From NCBI GenBank assembly GCA_030614255.1, contig JAUWKI010000001.1, positions 1,603 to 65,602 of the forward strand: 64,000 nucleotides of DNA, given 5' to 3'. The DNA is from Actinomycetes bacterium. GTDB taxonomy: Bacteria > Actinomycetota > Aquicultoria > UBA3085 > Oleimmundimicrobiaceae. Shown here piece by piece: positions 19,732 to 31,390 of this stretch (its first letter is position 1; each line of letters begins with the position of its first letter). Both the position numbers and the translations under genes were made by a program. The notes under the pieces were generated by a model. That model was given only the letters and a program-made list of their open reading frames with translations, ran no database searches and was not told the origin of the DNA.

Positions 19732-20732
19732 TGGAGCTTAAAATGGAATTACCAGAATTAAAAATAGGTAAATTTAGGGCTAAAATTCCCATTGTACAGG
19801 GTGGAATGGGTGTGAGGATTTCTCTTGCACCTTTGGCGGCAGCCGTGGCCAACGAAGGGGGAATTGGATTAATTGCGGCTTCAGGAATTCACCCCCCGGA
19901 ACTTGCTGAACAAATTAAAGAAGCGAAAAAGTTGTCCAATGGGATAATAGGAATAAATATAATGGTCGCGATTCGTGAATTTAAAGACTTGATTACAGTA
20001 GCCATGCGCGAGAAAATTGATTTAATTGTCGCTGGCGCAGGTTTTTCTCGAGATATTTTTGCTATGGGGAAAGAAAATGATGTTCCAATTGTTCCCATTG
20101 TTTCGTCAGAAAGAGTAGCCCGTCTTGCGGAAAGATTTGGAGTATCGGCTGTTATAGTCGAGGGGAAAGAGGCAGGTGGTCATCTAGGCACAGATAAACC
20201 CCTTTTATCGATATTACCCGGGATAATTAAGAGTGTGAGGATACCGGTAATAGCAGCCGGAGGAATTCTTAAGGGTTCGGATATTGCTAAGGTCCTTTCT
20301 ATGGGAGCTGGAGGTGTTCAGATGGGCACCCGTTTTGCAGCCAGTGAGGAGAGCAGTGCGGCGCCCGCTTGGAAGGAAGCATATGTGAGCTCGAAAGCCG
20401 AAGATGTTGTTCTCATCAAAAGCCCTGTTGGGATGCCTGGAAGAGCGTTAAAAACAAAATTTGTTAAAGATCTTTTTGCAAATAAAATACCGGCCTTTAG
20501 TGATATAAAAAAGTGTGTAACCTGTTTGAAATATTGTAAAAGAAATTACTGCATCATAGAGGCGCTCGAAAATGCTCAGATGGGTAATATGGAAAAAGGT
20601 CTCGTTTTTTGCGGTGAACGCGTAGGGGAAATAAAGGATATTCTACCGGTTAAAAAAATTATTGCCAATCTTGTTGAAGAGTTTAAAGAAAGTGTGGCCG
20701 GAGGGAGAAAAGGGTGCAAAGAAGAGTCGTAA
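19731..20732 (+). CDS. fabK: enoyl-ACP reductase II FabK (FMN, nitronate-monooxygenase fold)
   Basis: [12 protein letters not shown]/FabK signature; sits between acpP and fabF; start overlaps the acpP stop (TAATG). Confidence 0.8.
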   Translation: MELKMELPELKIGKFRAKIPIVQGGMGVRISLAPLAAAVANEGGIGLIAASGIHPPELAEQIKEAKKLSNGIIGINIMVAIREFKDLITVAMREKIDLIVAGAGFSRDIFAMGKENDVPIVPIVSSERVARLAERFGVSAVIVEGKEAGGHLGTDKPLLSILPGIIKSVRIPVIAAGGILKGSDIAKVLSMGAGGVQMGTRFAASEESSAAPAWKEAYVSSKAEDVVLIKSPVGMPGRALKTKFVKDLFANKIPAFSDIKKCVTCLKYCKRNYCIIEALENAQMGNMEKGLVFCGERVGEIKDILPVKKIIANLVEEFKESVAGGRKGCKEES

Positions 20733-21952
20733 TAACTGGTCTTGGACCTGTTACGCCAATTGGAACAGGAAAAACGACTTTTTGGAAATTACTGACCGAA
20801 GGGAAGTCAGGAATAGGAAAGATAACTTCTTTTGATTCGGACGGATATAACTCTCGTATAGCAGGTGAAATTAAAGACTTTGACCCAGTTGACTATCTTG
20901 ATGCAAAAGAAGTACGTAGAATGGATAGATTTTGTCAATTAGCGCTGGCTGCCACCGAATTAGCTCTCGAAGACGCGGATTTAAAAATAACGGATTCGAT
21001 TGCTAATGAAATCGGGGTTATTGTGGGTTCAGGCATAGGTGGTCTGAAAACACTGGAAGAACAACATAAAATTTTATTACAAAAAGGCCCTAAAAAGATC
21101 AGTCCATTTCTTGTGCCAATGATGATACCCGATATTGCCGCCGGAAACATCTCAATCGCCTTTGGGGCGAAGGGTCCAAATTTTTGCACAGTGACTGCTT
21201 GTGCGTCTGCTACCCATGCGATTGGAGAGGCTTTTGAGGCTGTAAAACGAGGTTCTGCCGATATTTGCATAACGGGTGGAACCGAGGCACCCGTAACACC
21301 ACTAGGTGTCGCGGGATTTTGTGCAGCCCGCGCACTTTCAACAAGAAATAACGAACCAACCAGGGCAAGCAGGCCTTTCGATGCGAAACGAGATGGGTTT
21401 GTTATTGCCGAGGGTGCAGGAATAATAATTTTAGAGACACTTGAAAACGCTATAAACAGAGGAGCTCATATCTATGCCGAGGTGGTCGGTTATGGTGCGA
21501 CCGGAGACGCATACCATATTACGGCACCGGCTCCAGGTGGTGAAGGAGCTGCTCGTACCATGCAAAAAGCTATCGATGAGTCCGGTTTAGATTATGAACA
21601 GGTAGATTATATAAATGCGCATGGTACATCGACTCTTTATAATGATGAATTTGAAACATTGGCCATCAAGAATGTTTTTGGGAAGCATGCTTATAATTTA
21701 GTGGTCAGTTCAACTAAGTCTATGACCGGTCATGCTCTAGGAGCAGCCGGGGGTATAGAAATGATTGTTTGTGCTCTCTCAGTTGAAAAAAACATTATTC
21801 CCCCAACGATAAACTACGAATACCCTGATCCAAAATGTGATTTAAATTACGCACCTAATCAAGCCATTAAAAAGACGGTTTTGGTTGCTATGTCAAACTC
21901 TTTGGGTTTTGGTGGTCATAACGCTAGTATCATAATAAAAGCGGTTACGTAA
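20714..21952 (+). CDS. fabF: 3-oxoacyl-ACP synthase II FabF
   Basis: [10 protein letters not shown]-terminus; active-site Cys in [11 protein letters not shown]; INAHGTST and GHALGAAG motifs. Confidence 0.9.
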   Translation: MQRRVVITGLGPVTPIGTGKTTFWKLLTEGKSGIGKITSFDSDGYNSRIAGEIKDFDPVDYLDAKEVRRMDRFCQLALAATELALEDADLKITDSIANEIGVIVGSGIGGLKTLEEQHKILLQKGPKKISPFLVPMMIPDIAAGNISIAFGAKGPNFCTVTACASATHAIGEAFEAVKRGSADICITGGTEAPVTPLGVAGFCAARALSTRNNEPTRASRPFDAKRDGFVIAEGAGIIILETLENAINRGAHIYAEVVGYGATGDAYHITAPAPGGEGAARTMQKAIDESGLDYEQVDYINAHGTSTLYNDEFETLAIKNVFGKHAYNLVVSSTKSMTGHALGAAGGIEMIVCALSVEKNIIPPTINYEYPDPKCDLNYAPNQAIKKTVLVAMSNSLGFGGHNASIIIKAVT

Positions 21953-21960
21953 AGGTCGCT

Positions 21961-22182
21961 TTGAGAAATCCTGAAAATAACTTAGTTAAAGTTTATACGG
22001 CCCATGGGAGAATAGAAGCTTCAATCGTGAAATCAAAACTTGAGTCCGAAGATATCTCAGTAATCCTAAAAAGTGGTGCTGAGATTTTTGGTATAACCGT
22101 TGATGGATTGGGAGCCATTGAGGTTTTAGTTTTAAAGCACGAGATTGAAAGGGCCAAAAAAATACTCTTTGACCAGCGGTGA
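21961..22182 (+). CDS. small DUF2007-like protein (putative signal-transducing protein)
   Basis: 73-aa ORF ending right at the rnc start; sequence resembles the DUF2007 family; no catalytic motif. Confidence 0.45.
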   Translation: MRNPENNLVKVYTAHGRIEASIVKSKLESEDISVILKSGAEIFGITVDGLGAIEVLVLKHEIERAKKILFDQR

Positions 22183-22186
22183 TGAT

Positions 22187-22891
22187 ATGTTAAATAAAGA
22201 CAATGTGAATAGAGCCGAAGAGTGTTTAAACATTGTCTTCGTTGATAAAGAACTGATAAAAGTAGCCTTAACCCACAGATCTTTCGCTGCAGAAGCGAGT
22301 GACAAAGTTGATGTGAACGAAAGATTGGAATTTTTAGGCGATGCTGTTCTAGAATTTGTCGTTACCGACTTTCTATTTAATCACTATCCTGAACTCGAAG
22401 AAGGTGATTTGGCCATGCTTAGAGCCAACATTGTAAATTCAGATGTATTGGCTAAATTGGCGGGCAATATAGGCTTCGGAGAATGTATTCTTATGGGGAG
22501 AGGGGCTGAGATTGCAGGTGGTAGAAGGCAGACATCAATTTTGGGTGACTGCTTGGAAGCAATTTTAGGCGCTGTTTATCTGGACCAAGGTATCAAAAGA
22601 ACCAAAGAATTTATTCTAGGGATTTTTCAAGAGGAAATTGCGAAACAAGCCTCAAAAGAGAAATACTTGGATTTAAAAACTAATCTGCAAGAATATACAA
22701 TGAAGAAGTTAAAAGTACTACCTTTGTATAGAATAACCCGAGAAGAGGGTCCTGTGCACAAAAGGGCCTTCTTTGCTGAAGTTAGCGTCGGGGGGAATGT
22801 TTGGGGCAAAGGTAAAGGTAAGAGTAAAAAAAGGGCTGAACAGGAAGCGGCAAAGAAGGCCCTTTTAAAGCTTCAAAAGTTACATGGCTAA
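22187..22891 (+). CDS. rnc: ribonuclease III (true start likely ATG 22187 within the ORF beginning at 22145)
   Basis: RNase III signature ERLEFLGDAVLEFVVTDFLF; C-terminal dsRBD. Confidence 0.9.
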   Translation: MLNKDNVNRAEECLNIVFVDKELIKVALTHRSFAAEASDKVDVNERLEFLGDAVLEFVVTDFLFNHYPELEEGDLAMLRANIVNSDVLAKLAGNIGFGECILMGRGAEIAGGRRQTSILGDCLEAILGAVYLDQGIKRTKEFILGIFQEEIAKQASKEKYLDLKTNLQEYTMKKLKVLPLYRITREEGPVHKRAFFAEVSVGGNVWGKGKGKSKKRAEQEAAKKALLKLQKLHG

Positions 22892-23125
22892 TACATGAGG
22901 AGCGGAAGCTACCAGTAGAGTATAGTTAACACTAAAGGGTATCACCGAGATGGTGGTGCTATTTTTATAATAGGTATCAAAAATTTATTCGACTCCTTGA
23001 ATTGCCAAGTCTGAGTGACTTTAAAAGGTTGGGACAGGGACTTTGACGGTCAAATTTCGTCATCATTCAATTTCTGTAAGTTCTAACTATGTTAAAATAG
23101 TTTAAGATTTAAAGGAGGAATACAT

Positions 23126-26100
23126 TTGTATCTTAAATCGCTTTCTATTAGGGGTTTTAAATCCTTTGCTGATAAAACGACATTAAAATATGAGCCCGGA
23201 ATTACTGTTATTGTTGGACCAAACGGTAGTGGAAAAAGCAATATAACCGATGCCATTTTATGGGTTCTTGGTGAACAAAGCCCACGGTCTCTACGTGGCT
23301 CTGCAATGGAGGATGTGATCTTTACTGGTAGCTCAACACGGTCGCCACTCGGTATTGCCGAAGTTTCATTATCTCTCGATAACACAGATGGATGTCTACC
23401 AATTGAGTTTTCTGAAGTAATAATAACACGTCGGATGTCAAGGTCAGGCGAGAGTGATTATTTTATTAATGGTTCTTCTTGTAGACTTCTCGATGTTCAA
23501 GATCTATTGTCTGATTCAGGACTTGGAAGACAGACGCACAGCATTGTAAGTCAAGGAAGAATTGAAGAAATATTAAGTAGTAAGCCCGAGGAGAAAAGGG
23601 TTCTAATCGAAGAAGTTGCGGGTGTTTTAAAACACAGGAAACGAAAAGAGAGAGCTCTGCGGAAGCTTCAAGCGATGGATCAAAATCTTTTGAGGATTCA
23701 GGATGTACTCCGAGAGGTAGAGCGGCAGCTTCGGCCTCTTAAAAAGCAAGCTTCTCAAGCTGAAAAATCTTTAAAACTATCACATCAGTTAAAAAACTTA
23801 GAAATAGCTCTGGCCGTGGCCGAACTTAAAAAACTTCAAAGTGGTTGGGACGATGTGATGAAAGAGAATAAGCATTTGAACAATGAACTTGTCGCGTTAC
23901 GTAAGAGATTAACCAACAAGAAAGAAGAGATGGATGAAACCCAATTAAGCCTTGAAGAAAAAGGGGATTATGTGGGCGATATTGGAGAGTATCGGCGCAG
24001 GATGAAGGGGATTATTGAGAGATTTAATACAGGACTCCTGCTCCTAGAAGAGAAAGGGAAGCATCTTGTAGAAAAGCTGAGCGATATTCGAAGGCAAATT
24101 TACCAAGATGAAAAGCGTAAAAGCAGTAAATCTAAGGAATTAGATAAAATTAATTCCAAAATAAGTAAAGTTAAAAGTGATGTTGATGATATTTTAATCA
24201 AGGTAGGCCAAGCAAGGAAAAATAATGAAAAATTAGAAAGAAACATGCAACAGATAGATAAAAAATTAAGTGAGCTTAGGGGGGCTGTTGCTAAGAAGAA
24301 TGACCAGCTGAAAATCGATGAGAAAGAAGCCAACCTTTTGCTAAGTTCATTTAATGTAACCGAGATAGAAAGTAAATTTGCGGTAGAAAAAATTACAGTT
24401 TTAAAAAATGAAAAAAAGATTTTGTTGGTAAATCTAAATAAAAAAGAGAAGGAAAAATCTTCTATTGAATCAAAGCTAATGAAGTTAAATGATTATCTTT
24501 GCAACAACGAAAACGAGATTTTGAAACGTTCGAACGATTTAGATAATCTCGAATCCCAACTTAGGAAAATTGAGGGAAGTCTTTACGGAACAAAGACAAA
24601 AATTTCTGCTTTAGAAGAGATTGAAAAAAATCCGACCGGTTACCCGGAAAGTGTGGTCTGGCTAATTTTTGAAAAAGGTATGTCGGGCTTACATGGAATA
24701 GTTGGTGATTTACTCGATATTGATGAGGGCTACGAGAACGCAATCGAAGCAGTATTAAGCGAAAATATGTATAGCATCATCGCAAGCGATGTCAGCGTGG
24801 CTAAAAACGTTATTTGCGCTTTAAACCAATCTAATCAGGAGGCTACTTCAATAATACCCTTAAAAGGGTTTACGAGAGCGCCCATGACTTCTACCAAGAG
24901 ACTTGGAGTAATCTCGGCGATGGATGTTGTAAAGTGCGATAAAAAAGTAGAACCTGCAATTCAAGCTATTTTAGGAAACCTATTTATTGTCGATGATTTA
25001 GACACTGCTTTAGATTTGGCCAACAAAAACTCCAAGAACTCAGTATTTGTTACATTATCGGGTGAAGTTATTTTCCCAAATGGAATAATACGAGGCGGAA
25101 ATCTTTCTTCCGCAAACCCGCTTTCACGCAAGAGGATTCTAGCAAAACTGAAAAAAGATGAAAAAATTTTATTAAATAATTTGGCGAAAACAAAAAAAGA
25201 AATAGAGCAGTTAAAGTCGAATCTTAAAATATTTGTTGACAAAAAGAGTGGATTTGAGCAAGAAGTACAAGCCATAAAGAGTGAAAGGCAAAACATTGTT
25301 GGCGATTTATCGTATTTAAAAGATTTAACTGTGAAAAAAGAGAGGGAAGAAAAGAAATTTTTAAGCCAAAACGAGAAAGCCCAAAAAAAGCTTTGCTCTG
25401 ATAAGAAAAAAATCGAGACTCTAGAAAGAAAAAGCGAATTTTTGAAGAAAGAAATCGCTACAATCGAAAACTCCATTAAAATAGCGGAGAACGACAAACA
25501 AAAGCATTTTATTGATGAAAATAAGTTTGCTAGAGAAGACGCAAAACTTGAAGTTGGGAAAGAATCGTTACTAGAAAAGTTGCTATTTATTGAAAATCAA
25601 CGCGACATTACCATAAGGGATGTCAACGAATTTAACCACACCTTAAAATCCGAACATCAAACGGTTAAGGCAATGGAAAAACTAAGAGAAAGAATTCAGC
25701 CCCTTCACAAACTTTTCACTGTCTTGTTTGCGGAGGCAAAAAAATGGGATAAAAAATTGGAGTCTCTGGCGACCGATGAAAAAATTGACACCAGAAAATT
25801 GCGTGAAAAATATAGATTAACACAAGCCGAGATGGTTCCTTTAAATAAAGAAATTGATGATACACAAGATAGGATTAAAGAAATTGAGGTTGAATGTGCT
25901 CAACTCAAACTAAAGGTCACCGGGTTAACCGATAAGATTGTAAGTGAATACGATGTTCCACTTGAAAAAGCCCTAAAGATTTATCCAAAAGATGTAGACA
26001 AGGATAAACACAAAGAAGAAGCAGAGAAAATTAGAGCAAAATTGGCGGACCTGGGAACGATAAACCCAATTGCTGTTAAAGAGTGTGGAACATTGAAGGA

Positions 26101-26671
26101 GAGGTACGAATTCTTAAAAGATCAAATTTTAGACTTAAAAAAGAGCAGGAAGGCGCTAGGGAGAGTCATTAAGATAATTGAGCAAAAAATGAAAGGCAGG
26201 TTCCTGGAAGCTTTTAATGAGGTAAATGTCAATTTCCAAAACATTTTTTCGTATCTTTTCTCTGGAGGGAAAGCCAGACTCTTGTTAACTGACGAAGAGA
26301 ACCTTCTTACGACGGGCGTTGAAATCGAAGCACATCCTCTTGGTAAACGTCTTCAAAGAATAACGCTTTTGTCTGGAGGAGAAAAGTCGCTTGTTGCGTT
26401 AACACTTTTATTTGCAATGTATCATACAAAACCAAGTCCATTTTACGTACTTGATGAGGTAGAGCCCGCATTGGATGATACTAACTTACAACGCTTCATC
26501 GTTCTTTTAGAAAAAGAAAAGAGAGAAGCACAGTTTTTGATAATTACTCATCAGAGAAGAACCATGGAGATAGCAGATTGTCTTTATGGCGTTGCCATGC
26601 AGGCGGATGGTATCTCAAAACTTGTTTCTCAAAAAATGAGTGGCTCTGAAAGAAAAAACAAAGTTCATTAA
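23126..26671 (+). CDS. smc: chromosome partition protein SMC
   Basis: 1181 aa; Walker A GPNGSGKSN; long coiled coils; signature LSGGEKSLVAL; Walker B FYVLDEVEPALDD. Confidence 0.9.
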   Translation: MYLKSLSIRGFKSFADKTTLKYEPGITVIVGPNGSGKSNITDAILWVLGEQSPRSLRGSAMEDVIFTGSSTRSPLGIAEVSLSLDNTDGCLPIEFSEVIITRRMSRSGESDYFINGSSCRLLDVQDLLSDSGLGRQTHSIVSQGRIEEILSSKPEEKRVLIEEVAGVLKHRKRKERALRKLQAMDQNLLRIQDVLREVERQLRPLKKQASQAEKSLKLSHQLKNLEIALAVAELKKLQSGWDDVMKENKHLNNELVALRKRLTNKKEEMDETQLSLEEKGDYVGDIGEYRRRMKGIIERFNTGLLLLEEKGKHLVEKLSDIRRQIYQDEKRKSSKSKELDKINSKISKVKSDVDDILIKVGQARKNNEKLERNMQQIDKKLSELRGAVAKKNDQLKIDEKEANLLLSSFNVTEIESKFAVEKITVLKNEKKILLVNLNKKEKEKSSIESKLMKLNDYLCNNENEILKRSNDLDNLESQLRKIEGSLYGTKTKISALEEIEKNPTGYPESVVWLIFEKGMSGLHGIVGDLLDIDEGYENAIEAVLSENMYSIIASDVSVAKNVICALNQSNQEATSIIPLKGFTRAPMTSTKRLGVISAMDVVKCDKKVEPAIQAILGNLFIVDDLDTALDLANKNSKNSVFVTLSGEVIFPNGIIRGGNLSSANPLSRKRILAKLKKDEKILLNNLAKTKKEIEQLKSNLKIFVDKKSGFEQEVQAIKSERQNIVGDLSYLKDLTVKKEREEKKFLSQNEKAQKKLCSDKKKIETLERKSEFLKKEIATIENSIKIAENDKQKHFIDENKFAREDAKLEVGKESLLEKLLFIENQRDITIRDVNEFNHTLKSEHQTVKAMEKLRERIQPLHKLFTVLFAEAKKWDKKLESLATDEKIDTRKLREKYRLTQAEMVPLNKEIDDTQDRIKEIEVECAQLKLKVTGLTDKIVSEYDVPLEKALKIYPKDVDKDKHKEEAEKIRAKLADLGTINPIAVKECGTLKERYEFLKDQILDLKKSRKALGRVIKIIEQKMKGRFLEAFNEVNVNFQNIFSYLFSGGKARLLLTDEENLLTTGVEIEAHPLGKRLQRITLLSGGEKSLVALTLLFAMYHTKPSPFYVLDEVEPALDDTNLQRFIVLLEKEKREAQFLIITHQRRTMEIADCLYGVAMQADGISKLVSQKMSGSERKNKVH

Positions 26672-26683
26672 AGGGCAAAATAA

Positions 26684-27583
26684 ATGATTAACAGATTAAA
26701 AGATGGTTTAAAAAAAAGCAGGGAAGGTTTCTTGGGGCAATTTACCGGTTTATTCAGGGGTAGCTTGCTTGATGAGGATTTTTGGGAAAGCATGGAAGAG
26801 ATATTAATCCAGGCCGACGTGGGAATTTGTGCAACTACAAAAATCTCAAATGAGCTTCGGGGGTTAGCGAAGAAACTCAACATAAAAGACCCCGAAGAAC
26901 TAAAAGAGTTGTTTAAAAAAGAAATAGTAAAACTTTTAACCATAAATAATGACAATCTTGTAGATGGCGGCTATTTAAATCTTTTGCTTTTTGTTGGAGT
27001 AAATGGTGTTGGAAAAACTACTACCATTGCCAAGATGGCACATAAATTTATTAATTCCGGAGAGAAAGTGATTTTTGCTGCGGCTGACACATTTAGGGCG
27101 GCTGCAATTGAACAGTTGCAAGAATGGGGAAGTCGATTAGGCGTGGATGTTATTAAGCATCAGAGGGGTGGGGATCCAGCGGCCGTTGTATTCGATGCAA
27201 TAAATGCGGCAAATACAAGGAAAGCAGATATAATTTTGGTTGATACGGCCGGAAGATTACATACGAATGTTAATTTGATGGAAGAACTGAAAAAGATAAA
27301 AAGAGTTGCAAAGAACGAGTTATCTAAGGGTTTGGTTAAAACGGTTCTGGTTATGGATGCCACAACGGGACAGAATGGTATTTTACAGGCTAAGCTTTTT
27401 AACGAGGCTCTTAATCTTGATGCGATAATCTTAACGAAGTTGGATGGTACTGCTAAGGGTGGTATAGTGATAGCCATAGAGGAAGAACTTAAAATACCAA
27501 TTTGGTTTGTTGGGGTGGGAGAGAAGCCAGACGATTTACAAAATTTTGACCCTCAAGTATTTGTTGAAGCCCTTTTTGAGTGA
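26684..27583 (+). CDS. ftsY: signal recognition particle receptor FtsY
   Basis: NG domain with GVNGVGKTTT; DTAGR; TKLDGTAKGG. Confidence 0.9.
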   Translation: MINRLKDGLKKSREGFLGQFTGLFRGSLLDEDFWESMEEILIQADVGICATTKISNELRGLAKKLNIKDPEELKELFKKEIVKLLTINNDNLVDGGYLNLLLFVGVNGVGKTTTIAKMAHKFINSGEKVIFAAADTFRAAAIEQLQEWGSRLGVDVIKHQRGGDPAAVVFDAINAANTRKADIILVDTAGRLHTNVNLMEELKKIKRVAKNELSKGLVKTVLVMDATTGQNGILQAKLFNEALNLDAIILTKLDGTAKGGIVIAIEEELKIPIWFVGVGEKPDDLQNFDPQVFVEALFE

Positions 27584-27667
27584 TTAATTTTGTTTGACAG
27601 ACACCTTATCCTTTTGTAATATTTCAAATTTGGTGGCCAAGTATTTTTTTGATATTTAGGAGAACAG

Positions 27668-29011
27668 ATGTTTGAAAGTCTATCTACAAAATTGCAGAAC
27701 ATATTTTCTAAATTAAAAACATATGGACGACTCAACGAGAAACAGGTTGAGGAAGTTTTAAGAGAGATCAAGCTTGCTCTTTTAGAAGCGGACGTAAATT
27801 TCAAAGTCGTTAAAAGTTTTATTGCTAAAGTTAAAGAGCGCGCCGTTGGCGTTGAAGTCATGAAGAGCTTAACGCCTGCTCAGCAAATCATCAAGATCGT
27901 TAATGAGGAACTAATAGATTTAATGGGTGGAGCGCCTGGCAAGATTACATTTGCCCCGAAGTCACCCACCATATATATGTTAGTTGGACTTCAGGGTTCT
28001 GGAAAAACTACATCTGCTGCAAAGTTAGCTAATTATTTAAAAACCATGGGTAAAAAACCATTTCTTATAGCGGCTGATATTTATCGACCGGCGGCCATCG
28101 ATCAACTGGAGTCTTTAGGTAAAGAATTAAGTGTTTCTGTATATTCTGATAGAAAAAGCAACAAGTGTGAAGAGATTGTCCGTTCTGGTATAAAACAAGG
28201 AATTGCCAAAGGCAGTGACACCATAATAATTGATACAGCGGGAAGACTTCACATTGACGATGAAATGATGGACGAATTGGAAAACGTAAAAAGGGCAGTA
28301 CGACCGCATCAGATATTACTTGTTGTCGATGCCATGACAGGTCAGGATGCTGTAAATATCGCGGTCTCTTTTCGAGATAAACTCGATTTTGATGGGCTAA
28401 TTTTAACGAAATTAGACGGTGACGCTAGAGGTGGTGCGGCACTTTCCATAAGAGCAGTGACCGGTAAATCAATAAAACTTGTAAGCTTGAGCGAAAAAAT
28501 CGATAGTCTTCAAATTTTTTATCCTGAGCGAATGGCGAGCAGAATTTTAGGAATGGGTGACGTTCTTACATTAATTGAAAAAGCAGAAGCGACTATCAAT
28601 AAAGAAGAAGCCGCGTCTCTAATGGAAAGAATCCAAAAACAAGAGTTTACCTTAAATGATTTCTTAGCTCAGATGCAGCAGATAAAGAGCATGGGCTCTT
28701 TTGACCAAGTTTTAGGCATGTTGCCTAAGCTCCCAGGATCAAGCAAAAATGCATTTAGTGGGGTTGATGAAGAACGAATCAAAAGAGTGGAAGCGATAAT
28801 CAAATCAATGACTCAAGAGGAGCGAAAAGACCCAAAGACAATGAACGGGAACAGGCGTTTGCGAGTCGCTAAAGGGAGCGGAACGACCACCAGTGAAGTA
28901 AACCGGCTTTTAAAACAATTCTCTGAGACAAAAAAAATGATGAAGCAATTTAGTAATCTTGGTTCACGTGCTAAAATTAGTAGAAAAATCTCGCCGTTTT
29001 TCAATTTTTAA
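27668..29011 (+). CDS. ffh: signal recognition particle protein Ffh
   Basis: [10 protein letters not shown]; DTAGR; [10 protein letters not shown]; Met-rich M domain. Confidence 0.9.
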   Translation: MFESLSTKLQNIFSKLKTYGRLNEKQVEEVLREIKLALLEADVNFKVVKSFIAKVKERAVGVEVMKSLTPAQQIIKIVNEELIDLMGGAPGKITFAPKSPTIYMLVGLQGSGKTTSAAKLANYLKTMGKKPFLIAADIYRPAAIDQLESLGKELSVSVYSDRKSNKCEEIVRSGIKQGIAKGSDTIIIDTAGRLHIDDEMMDELENVKRAVRPHQILLVVDAMTGQDAVNIAVSFRDKLDFDGLILTKLDGDARGGAALSIRAVTGKSIKLVSLSEKIDSLQIFYPERMASRILGMGDVLTLIEKAEATINKEEAASLMERIQKQEFTLNDFLAQMQQIKSMGSFDQVLGMLPKLPGSSKNAFSGVDEERIKRVEAIIKSMTQEERKDPKTMNGNRRLRVAKGSGTTTSEVNRLLKQFSETKKMMKQFSNLGSRAKISRKISPFFNF

Positions 29012-29025
29012 AAGGAGGTGAAGAG

Positions 29026-29295
29026 TTGTCAGTTAAACTGAGATTAAGTAGGGTGGGTGGCAAAAAAAAGCCATTCTATAGAGTTGTAGCGACTGATTCT
29101 AGGATGCCAAGAGATGGAAGATTTATTGAAATCGTTGGTCGATATAATCCGAGAAATGAGCCGTCTTTTATAGATATGGATAAAGAAAAAGTGCTAAAGT
29201 GGCTTGCTCAAGGCGCACAACCTACGAATACGGTTGAAAAACTTTTGAATATTACGGGAATTCGTAAGGAATTTGAAGCCAATAAGTCAAAGTAG
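29026..29295 (+). CDS. rpsP: 30S ribosomal protein S16
   Basis: [21 protein letters not shown]-terminus. Confidence 0.9.
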   Translation: MSVKLRLSRVGGKKKPFYRVVATDSRMPRDGRFIEIVGRYNPRNEPSFIDMDKEKVLKWLAQGAQPTNTVEKLLNITGIRKEFEANKSK

Positions 29296-29306
29296 GAGGC
29301 AGTGCA

Positions 29307-29537
29307 ATGAAAGAATTATTGGAAACTCTTGCTCGAGCTCTTGTTGACAAACCTGAGGAAGTAAAAGTAAGTCTGATAGAAGGTGAGAAGTCTGTAATAT
29401 TACAGCTACAGGTTGCTTCCGATGATATTGGTAAAGTTATCGGGAAAGAAGGGCGAATTGCCGGAGCGTTAAGAACCATCATTAAAGCATCTGCAACAAA
29501 AGAGGGCAAGAGAGCGATGGTTGAGATACTGGATTAA
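29307..29537 (+). CDS. KH-domain RNA-binding protein (YlqC-like)
   Basis: 76 aa with VIGKEGRIAGALRTI KH motif; conserved position between rpsP and rimM. Confidence 0.7.
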   Translation: MKELLETLARALVDKPEEVKVSLIEGEKSVILQLQVASDDIGKVIGKEGRIAGALRTIIKASATKEGKRAMVEILD

Positions 29538-29557
29538 TAAAACAAACTTTTAGTTAG

Positions 29558-30082
29558 GTGAAACTATTGGCGTCAACCCTTTTAACCGTTGGCAAAGTTA
29601 TTGGTGTGCACGGAACAAAAGGCGAAGTGAAAATTCTAAGCCTTACGGATTTTCCAACCCGTTTCAAAATGGGCTTATCCCTATATGTTCACTCATCATT
29701 ACTCGAAACCGATGAGTTAAAAATCGAATGGGTTAAGAATACATCTAAAAACATTATTATTAAATTCGGGGGCATAGAGAGTCGTAAAGATGCAGAGAAG
29801 CTTAAAGGGTCGTTGCTCCAAATTTCAAACAAGAAAGCACACTCGCTTCCAAAGGACGCATATTGGCAACATGAGATAATTGGGTTAAAGGTCATAACTT
29901 CAAGTAAAGAGCTTGTGGGTTACGTTACGGAAATAATGAGAACCGGGAGTAACGATGTTTATGTTGTTAATTGGGAGGGAAAGAAAGAGAGTTTAATCCC
30001 AGCTATAAAAGATGTTGTCAAAAAGATTGATTTAAAAAACAAATTGATGGTGATAGAGCCAATAAAGGGTCTATTGGAGTGA
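29558..30082 (+). CDS. rimM: 16S rRNA processing protein RimM
   Basis: 174 aa; LTVGKVIGVHGTKGEVKI N-terminal barrel, PRC C-terminus; rpsP-rimM-trmD-rplS order. Confidence 0.85.
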   Translation: MKLLASTLLTVGKVIGVHGTKGEVKILSLTDFPTRFKMGLSLYVHSSLLETDELKIEWVKNTSKNIIIKFGGIESRKDAEKLKGSLLQISNKKAHSLPKDAYWQHEIIGLKVITSSKELVGYVTEIMRTGSNDVYVVNWEGKKESLIPAIKDVVKKIDLKNKLMVIEPIKGLLE

Positions 30083-30088
30083 CTGAAA

Positions 30089-30838
30089 TTGCAAATTGAT
30101 ATAGTCACCATTTTTCCAGAAATGTTTGACGGCGCATTGAGCGCTGGAGTTATTCCTATTGCTTTAAAAAAAAAGATTGTGAAAGTTAATCTTCACAATC
30201 TTCGTGATTTTACACATGATAAACACAAACAGGTTGATGATGCGCCATATGGCGGTGGGCCCGGAATGGTCATGAAGCCCGAGCCATTTTTTGAAGCCGT
30301 TCCCGCAGTTGCTGGATGTAGCTTAAATGAATTAAAGAAATTTTGCCGAGTTATTTTATTTACACCACAAGGCGAGGCCTTAAAGCAAAAAAAAATTCTG
30401 GAATTTTCAAAAGAAAAAAGGTTAATCTTGCTTTGTCCGCGTTATGAAGGAATAGATGAACGCATAAGAGAACATCTAATAACCGATGAGGTTTCGATAG
30501 GTGATTTTGTGGTTTCTGGTGGCGAGTTTCCCGCAATGGTTTTTATGGATTCTGTTATTCGTTTGTTGCCAGGAGTATTGGGTAGTGAGGCATCGCTTGA
30601 CGAAGAGTCTTTTTCTAATGGACTCTTGGAATATCCTCAATATACACGTCCCAACAACTTTATGGGATTAAGAGTCCCAGAGATTTTATTGAGTGGCAAT
30701 CATGCAGAAATTGCCAGGTGGCGGCGACAAAAATCTCTTGAAAGAACTGCAAAAAGACGTCCGGACCTTTTGGAAAAAATAGTCTCAACCAAAGAAGAAA
30801 AAAAACTGTTAAATAAAACAGAAAAAGAAAGTTCTTAA
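30089..30838 (+). CDS. trmD: tRNA (guanine37-N1)-methyltransferase TrmD
   Basis: [14 protein letters not shown]-terminus; SPOUT fold motifs. Confidence 0.9.
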   Translation: MQIDIVTIFPEMFDGALSAGVIPIALKKKIVKVNLHNLRDFTHDKHKQVDDAPYGGGPGMVMKPEPFFEAVPAVAGCSLNELKKFCRVILFTPQGEALKQKKILEFSKEKRLILLCPRYEGIDERIREHLITDEVSIGDFVVSGGEFPAMVFMDSVIRLLPGVLGSEASLDEESFSNGLLEYPQYTRPNNFMGLRVPEILLSGNHAEIARWRRQKSLERTAKRRPDLLEKIVSTKEEKKLLNKTEKESS

Positions 30839-30902
30839 ATTTATTGGCACTAAAAATGAAGGTTGTGTTATAATTCTTTTTTGTGATTTAGAGGAGGTAG
30901 AA

Positions 30903-31250
30903 ATGCGGAATACAATTGAAACTTTAGAGAAAGAGCAAATGAGAACCGACCTGCCGAGTATTCGTGTTGGTGATACCATTGAGGTTTATGTAAAAATTGT
31001 TGAAGGCGGAAAAGAGAGAACTCAGGTTTTCAAAGGGATAGTGATTCGCAAACAGAATGGTGGACCGAGAGAAACTTTCACAGTGAGAAAAATTTCTTTT
31101 GGTATAGGCGTAGAAAAAACTTTTCCTATTCACTCTCCGAAAATTGTAAAAATCAAATCTTTGAGCAAGGGGCACGTTCGTCGTTCAAAATTATATTATC
31201 TGCGAGACAGAGTAGGCAAACGCGCTCGATTAAAAGAAAAAAGATTTTAA
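30903..31250 (+). CDS. rplS: 50S ribosomal protein L19
   Basis: 115 aa; [20 protein letters not shown]...RRSKLYYLR. Confidence 0.9.
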   Translation: MRNTIETLEKEQMRTDLPSIRVGDTIEVYVKIVEGGKERTQVFKGIVIRKQNGGPRETFTVRKISFGIGVEKTFPIHSPKIVKIKSLSKGHVRRSKLYYLRDRVGKRARLKEKRF

Positions 31251-31356
31251 TTTTGGGGGCATCAAGTAAACGTTGGATAAAAACTCGGGATTTTATGAAT
31301 TAGGCGGGGCCATATCTTCATTCTTATTTGAGATATTTTTTCTTGTCATTGATATT

Positions 31357-31390
31357 AAAAAACCCAATCCTTTTGGATTGGGTTTTTTAA
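31357..31390 (+). terminator. rho-independent terminator downstream of rplS
   Basis: aacccaatcc tttt ggattgggtt hairpin followed by tttt. Confidence 0.65.

Noticed and set aside
22892-23125. Possible ncRNA/tRNA in the 234-bp spacer between rnc and smc
   Set aside because: No tRNA-like T-arm/acceptor features and only a weak hairpin (atcacc…ggtgat). It is most likely a promoter/leader region for smc.
24961-25497. 178-aa minus-strand ORF inside smc (and similar antisense ORFs at 5985..6554, 11789..12223, 16966..17451, 50703..51149, 11143..11553)
   Set aside because: They lie entirely within well-supported genes on the opposite strand. They are low-complexity (Ser/Phe/Leu-rich) mirror translations of AT/GA-rich coding sequence and have no RBS context.
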